From an uncultured delta proteobacterium (GTDB taxonomy: Bacteria; Myxococcota; Myxococcia; Myxococcales; Anaeromyxobacteraceae): a stretch of 64,000 bases of DNA. Both the position numbers and the translations under genes were made by a program. The notes under the pieces were generated by a model that did not search any database, was not told the origin of the DNA, and saw nothing but the letters and a program-made list of their open reading frames with translations. This document shows positions 60,929 through 64,000 of this stretch, one piece after another. The DNA is taken from NCBI GenBank assembly GCA_963828255.1, contig CAWHDZ010000008.1:32001-96000 (forward strand), written 5' to 3'. Position 1 is the stretch's first letter, and each line of letters opens with the position of its first letter.

Positions 60929-62131
60929 ATGGAGCGCCGGGAGCGGGAGCCACGGCAGGACTGGCGTCGCCGGGTCGAGGAGGTGGGCTTCCCCATCCAC
61001 ACCGCCGACACCCCGTACTGGGACGAGTCGGCCTTCTGGGCATTCACCCCGGGTGACGTGGAGATCCTCGAGCGGGCCACCGCGGGACTTCAAGAATTGG
61101 TGCTCGCCGCGGTCGGCCACGTCATCGAGTCGGGCCGCTACTGGGAGCGGCTGGCCATCCCCCGGGAGATGGTTCCCCTGGTGGCCCGCTCCTGGGAGGG
61201 CGTGGACGGGGATGGCGACCCCTCCATCTACGGCCGGATGGACCTGGCCTGGGACGGCGTGGGGACCCCGCGCCTCCTCGAGTACAACGCCGACACCCCC
61301 ACGGGGCTGGTCGAGGCCGCGGTGGTCCAGTGGCACTGGCTGCAGGACGTGGATCCCGCCGCCGACCAGTGGAACTCGATCCACGAGCGGCTGGTGGCGG
61401 GCTGGAAGGAGCTCGCACCCTGGCTACCGGTGGGGCCGCTCCACTTCGCCAGCCTCCCCGTCCCGGAGGACGCGCTCACCACCACCTATCTCCAGGACAC
61501 CGCCGCCCAGGGCGGCCTGCGCACCTCCTTCGTGGAGATGGGGGCCATCGGCTGGGACGAGGGGAAGCGGGCCTTCGTGGATGGCGACGGCGTCGAGCTG
61601 CGGGCCTGCTTCAAGCTCTACCCCTGGGAGTGGATGGCCCGGGAGACCTTCGGCGCCATGCTGCCGCGGGCCCACACCCGCTGGATCGAGCCGGCCTGGA
61701 AGATGGTGGCCTCGAACAAGGGAATCCTGGCGGTGCTCTGGGAACTCCACCCTGGCCACCCGAACCTCCTGCCCGCGTTCCTCGAGCCGGGAGATCTCAG
61801 GAGCTACGCGCGCAAGCCGCTGCTCTCCCGCGAGGGGGCCAACGTGACCCTGGTCCGCGACGGCGAGGTGCTGGCCGAGGGAAAGGACGACGGCTACGGC
61901 AAGGAGGGGCACGTCTGGCAGGCCCTCTGGGAGCCTTCCGTCTCCATGCCCCGCTCCCTCTCCATCGGAAGCTGGCTGGTGCGCGGCGTGCCGGCCGGCG
62001 CCGGCCTGCGGGAATCGGACGGTATCATCACAGGGAATCTCTCCCGCTTCGTGCCCCACCTGGTCTCCGAGGACGCAGGCGGCGATCCCCGCCTGCGGGC
62101 GCGCTTCCGCGCCATCGGCCAGGGGCGCTAG
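60929..62131 (+). CDS. Glutathionylspermidine synthase-like ATP-grasp protein (YgiC/YjfC family)
   Basis: YWDE, YGRMD, EYNADTPT, QWNSIHE, FKLYPWEW, EPAWK, KPLLSREG, SRFVPH. Confidence 0.92.
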   Translation: MERREREPRQDWRRRVEEVGFPIHTADTPYWDESAFWAFTPGDVEILERATAGLQELVLAAVGHVIESGRYWERLAIPREMVPLVARSWEGVDGDGDPSIYGRMDLAWDGVGTPRLLEYNADTPTGLVEAAVVQWHWLQDVDPAADQWNSIHERLVAGWKELAPWLPVGPLHFASLPVPEDALTTTYLQDTAAQGGLRTSFVEMGAIGWDEGKRAFVDGDGVELRACFKLYPWEWMARETFGAMLPRAHTRWIEPAWKMVASNKGILAVLWELHPGHPNLLPAFLEPGDLRSYARKPLLSREGANVTLVRDGEVLAEGKDDGYGKEGHVWQALWEPSVSMPRSLSIGSWLVRGVPAGAGLRESDGIITGNLSRFVPHLVSEDAGGDPRLRARFRAIGQGR

Positions 62132-62140
62132 AGTCGTTCC

Positions 62141-64000
62141 ATGGACGTCACCCCGGGACGCAGCTGGCCGCTGGGCGCCACCTTGGTCGGAGACGGGGTG
62201 AACTTCAGCATCTGGTCCCGCCACGCAACGGCGGTCGAGCTCTGCCTCTTTGATTCCCCCGAGGACGCCCGCCCTGCCCGCTCCATCCGGCTCGACCCGG
62301 CCCTCCACCGCAGCTACCACTACTGGCACGCCCACGTGGCGGGCCTCGCGCCCGGGCAGCTCTACGGCTGGCGAATCCACGGCCCCTTCGACCCGGCCCG
62401 CGGCTACCGCTTCGACGGCCAGAAGCTGCTCCTCGACCCCTACGCGCACGCCGTGGCCGTGCCATCCACCTACGACCGGCAGGCCGCCGTCGGGCGCGGT
62501 GACAATGCCGGCAAGGCCATGAAGGGCGTGGTGGCCGACCTCTCCCGCTACGACTGGGAGGGGGACCGGCCGCTGCGACGCCGCTCGCCCCACGCGGTCG
62601 TCTACGAGATGCACGTGAAGGGCTTCACCTTCCACGAGAGCTCCGGCGTCGCCGCCCCGCGACGCGGGACGTTCGCCGGGATGGTGGAGAAGATTCCCTA
62701 CCTGCGCGACCTGGGCGTGACCGCGGTGGAGCTCATGCCGGTGTTCCAGTTCGACGCCCAGGACGGGAAGGGGGGGCTCCCCAACTACTGGGGCTACTCG
62801 CCGGTCTCCTTCTTCGCCCCTCACCTCGCCTACTCCGCCGCCGGGACCCCGCTGGGCGCCCTCGACGAGTTCCGCGACCTGGTGAAGGCGCTGCACCGCG
62901 CCGACATCGAGGTGATCCTCGACGTGGTCTTCAACCACTCCGCCGAGGGGGACGAGAAGGGGCCGACCATCTCCTTCCGCGGCCTCGACAACCGGGCCTA
63001 CTACATCCTCGAGGACTACCGGCGCTACGCCAACTTCACCGGGTGCGGGAACACGCTCAAGGCCAACCACCCGGTGGTGCGCCGGCTCATGCTCGACGCC
63101 CTCCGCCACTGGGTGTCGGAGATGCACGTGGACGGGTTCCGCTTCGACCTGGCCTCGGTGCTCTCCCGCGGCACCGACGGACACCCGGTGAAGAACGCGC
63201 CGGCGGTCTGGGACATCGAGAGCGACCCCGTGCTGGCCGGCTCGAAGCTCATCGCCGAGGCCTGGGACGCGGCCGGCCTCTACCAGGTGGGCCACTTCGT
63301 GGGCGACTCCTGGAAGGAGTGGAACGGCAAGTTCCGCGACGACGTCCGCTCCTTCCTGCGCGGCGACCCGGGTCGGGTGTCCCATTTCGCCAACCGCCTG
63401 CTGGCCAGCCCCGACCTCTACGAGCAGAAGGAGCGCGAGCCGGAGCAGAGCGTCAACTTCGTCACCTGCCACGACGGGCTCACGCTGAACGACCTGGTGA
63501 CCTACGAGGTGAAGCGCAACGAGGCCAACCGCGAGGGGAACCTCGACGGCACCAGCCACGAGCTGGCCTGGAACTGCGGCGTGGAGGGGCCCTCCGACGA
63601 CGCCGCCGTGGAGGCCCTGCGCAACCGGCAGGTGAAGAATTTCCTGGCGGTGAACATGCTCTCGGCCGGCGTCCCCATGGTCCTGATGGGCGACGAGATG
63701 CGCCGCACCCAGGGGGGCAACAACAACGCCTGGTGCCAGGACAACGAGACCTCCTGGCTCGACTGGAGCCTGCGCAAGGTCCACGCCGACGTGCACCGCT
63801 TCCTGCGGCGTCTCATCCGGCTGCGCTCCTCGATCCACCCCGACCCGCGCCGCTCCGGGACCCTCACCGAGTTCCTCCGCCGGGCCCGCATCGAATGGCA
63901 CGGGGTGAAGCTCTGCGAGCCCGACTGGGGCGACGAGAGCCGGAGCATCGCCGTGACCTTCCAGGAGCCGGACGGACCGGCGGTAGCCCACGTGCTGGTG
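62141..64000 (+). CDS. glgX: Glycogen debranching enzyme GlgX (runs off the window)
   Basis: Hand translation: MDVTPGRSWPLGAT...GVNFS...LLDPYA...YEMHVKGFT...NYWGY...DVVFNHSAEG...DGFRFDLAS...AEAWD...FVTCHDG. Confidence 0.93.
   Translation, partial: MDVTPGRSWPLGATLVGDGVNFSIWSRHATAVELCLFDSPEDARPARSIRLDPALHRSYHYWHAHVAGLAPGQLYGWRIHGPFDPARGYRFDGQKLLLDPYAHAVAVPSTYDRQAAVGRGDNAGKAMKGVVADLSRYDWEGDRPLRRRSPHAVVYEMHVKGFTFHESSGVAAPRRGTFAGMVEKIPYLRDLGVTAVELMPVFQFDAQDGKGGLPNYWGYSPVSFFAPHLAYSAAGTPLGALDEFRDLVKALHRADIEVILDVVFNHSAEGDEKGPTISFRGLDNRAYYILEDYRRYANFTGCGNTLKANHPVVRRLMLDALRHWVSEMHVDGFRFDLASVLSRGTDGHPVKNAPAVWDIESDPVLAGSKLIAEAWDAAGLYQVGHFVGDSWKEWNGKFRDDVRSFLRGDPGRVSHFANRLLASPDLYEQKEREPEQSVNFVTCHDGLTLNDLVTYEVKRNEANREGNLDGTSHELAWNCGVEGPSDDAAVEALRNRQVKNFLAVNMLSAGVPMVLMGDEMRRTQGGNNNAWCQDNETSWLDWSLRKVHADVHRFLRRLIRLRSSIHPDPRRSGTLTEFLRRARIEWHGVKLCEPDWGDESRSIAVTFQEPDGPAVAHVLV

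Overview
A very GC-rich, gene-dense 64 kb bacterial window. The gene content and protein styles (PEGA and Ser/Thr kinase genes, Cys-rich giant lipoprotein, FHA-kinase, ECF sigma) suggest Myxococcota, Anaeromyxobacter-like; this is inference. Left to right it holds: a partial YgiQ radical SAM gene; an accessory signalling/surface block (ECF sigma, FHA-Ser/Thr kinase, TPR-PEGA protein, second kinase, a ~500 aa lipoprotein, and a ~2470 aa modular Cys-rich lipoprotein with ZU5-like domains, one carrying an intact HFS motif); rhomboid-like gene, thiolase and tatBC; a frameshifted EVE gene; a complete IS30 element inserted into a palindrome; PBP1A, RluA, MBL, DMT and prolyl oligopeptidase genes; a two-gene unit encoding a methyltransferase/PAP2/Lgt-like triple fusion; a degraded nucleotidyltransferase; cusF-like, channel-like, terC, MBL and etfAB genes; a PPDK-like gene divergent from gdhA; buk-ptb divergent from an iorAB-paaK-ACT-paaK-liv ABC-paaK operon; a fadL/EEP/lipoprotein trio; a ygiB/ygiC-like pair; and a partial glgX. 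No rRNA, tRNA or CRISPR array was seen. All product calls come from manual motif recognition; no database searches were run.
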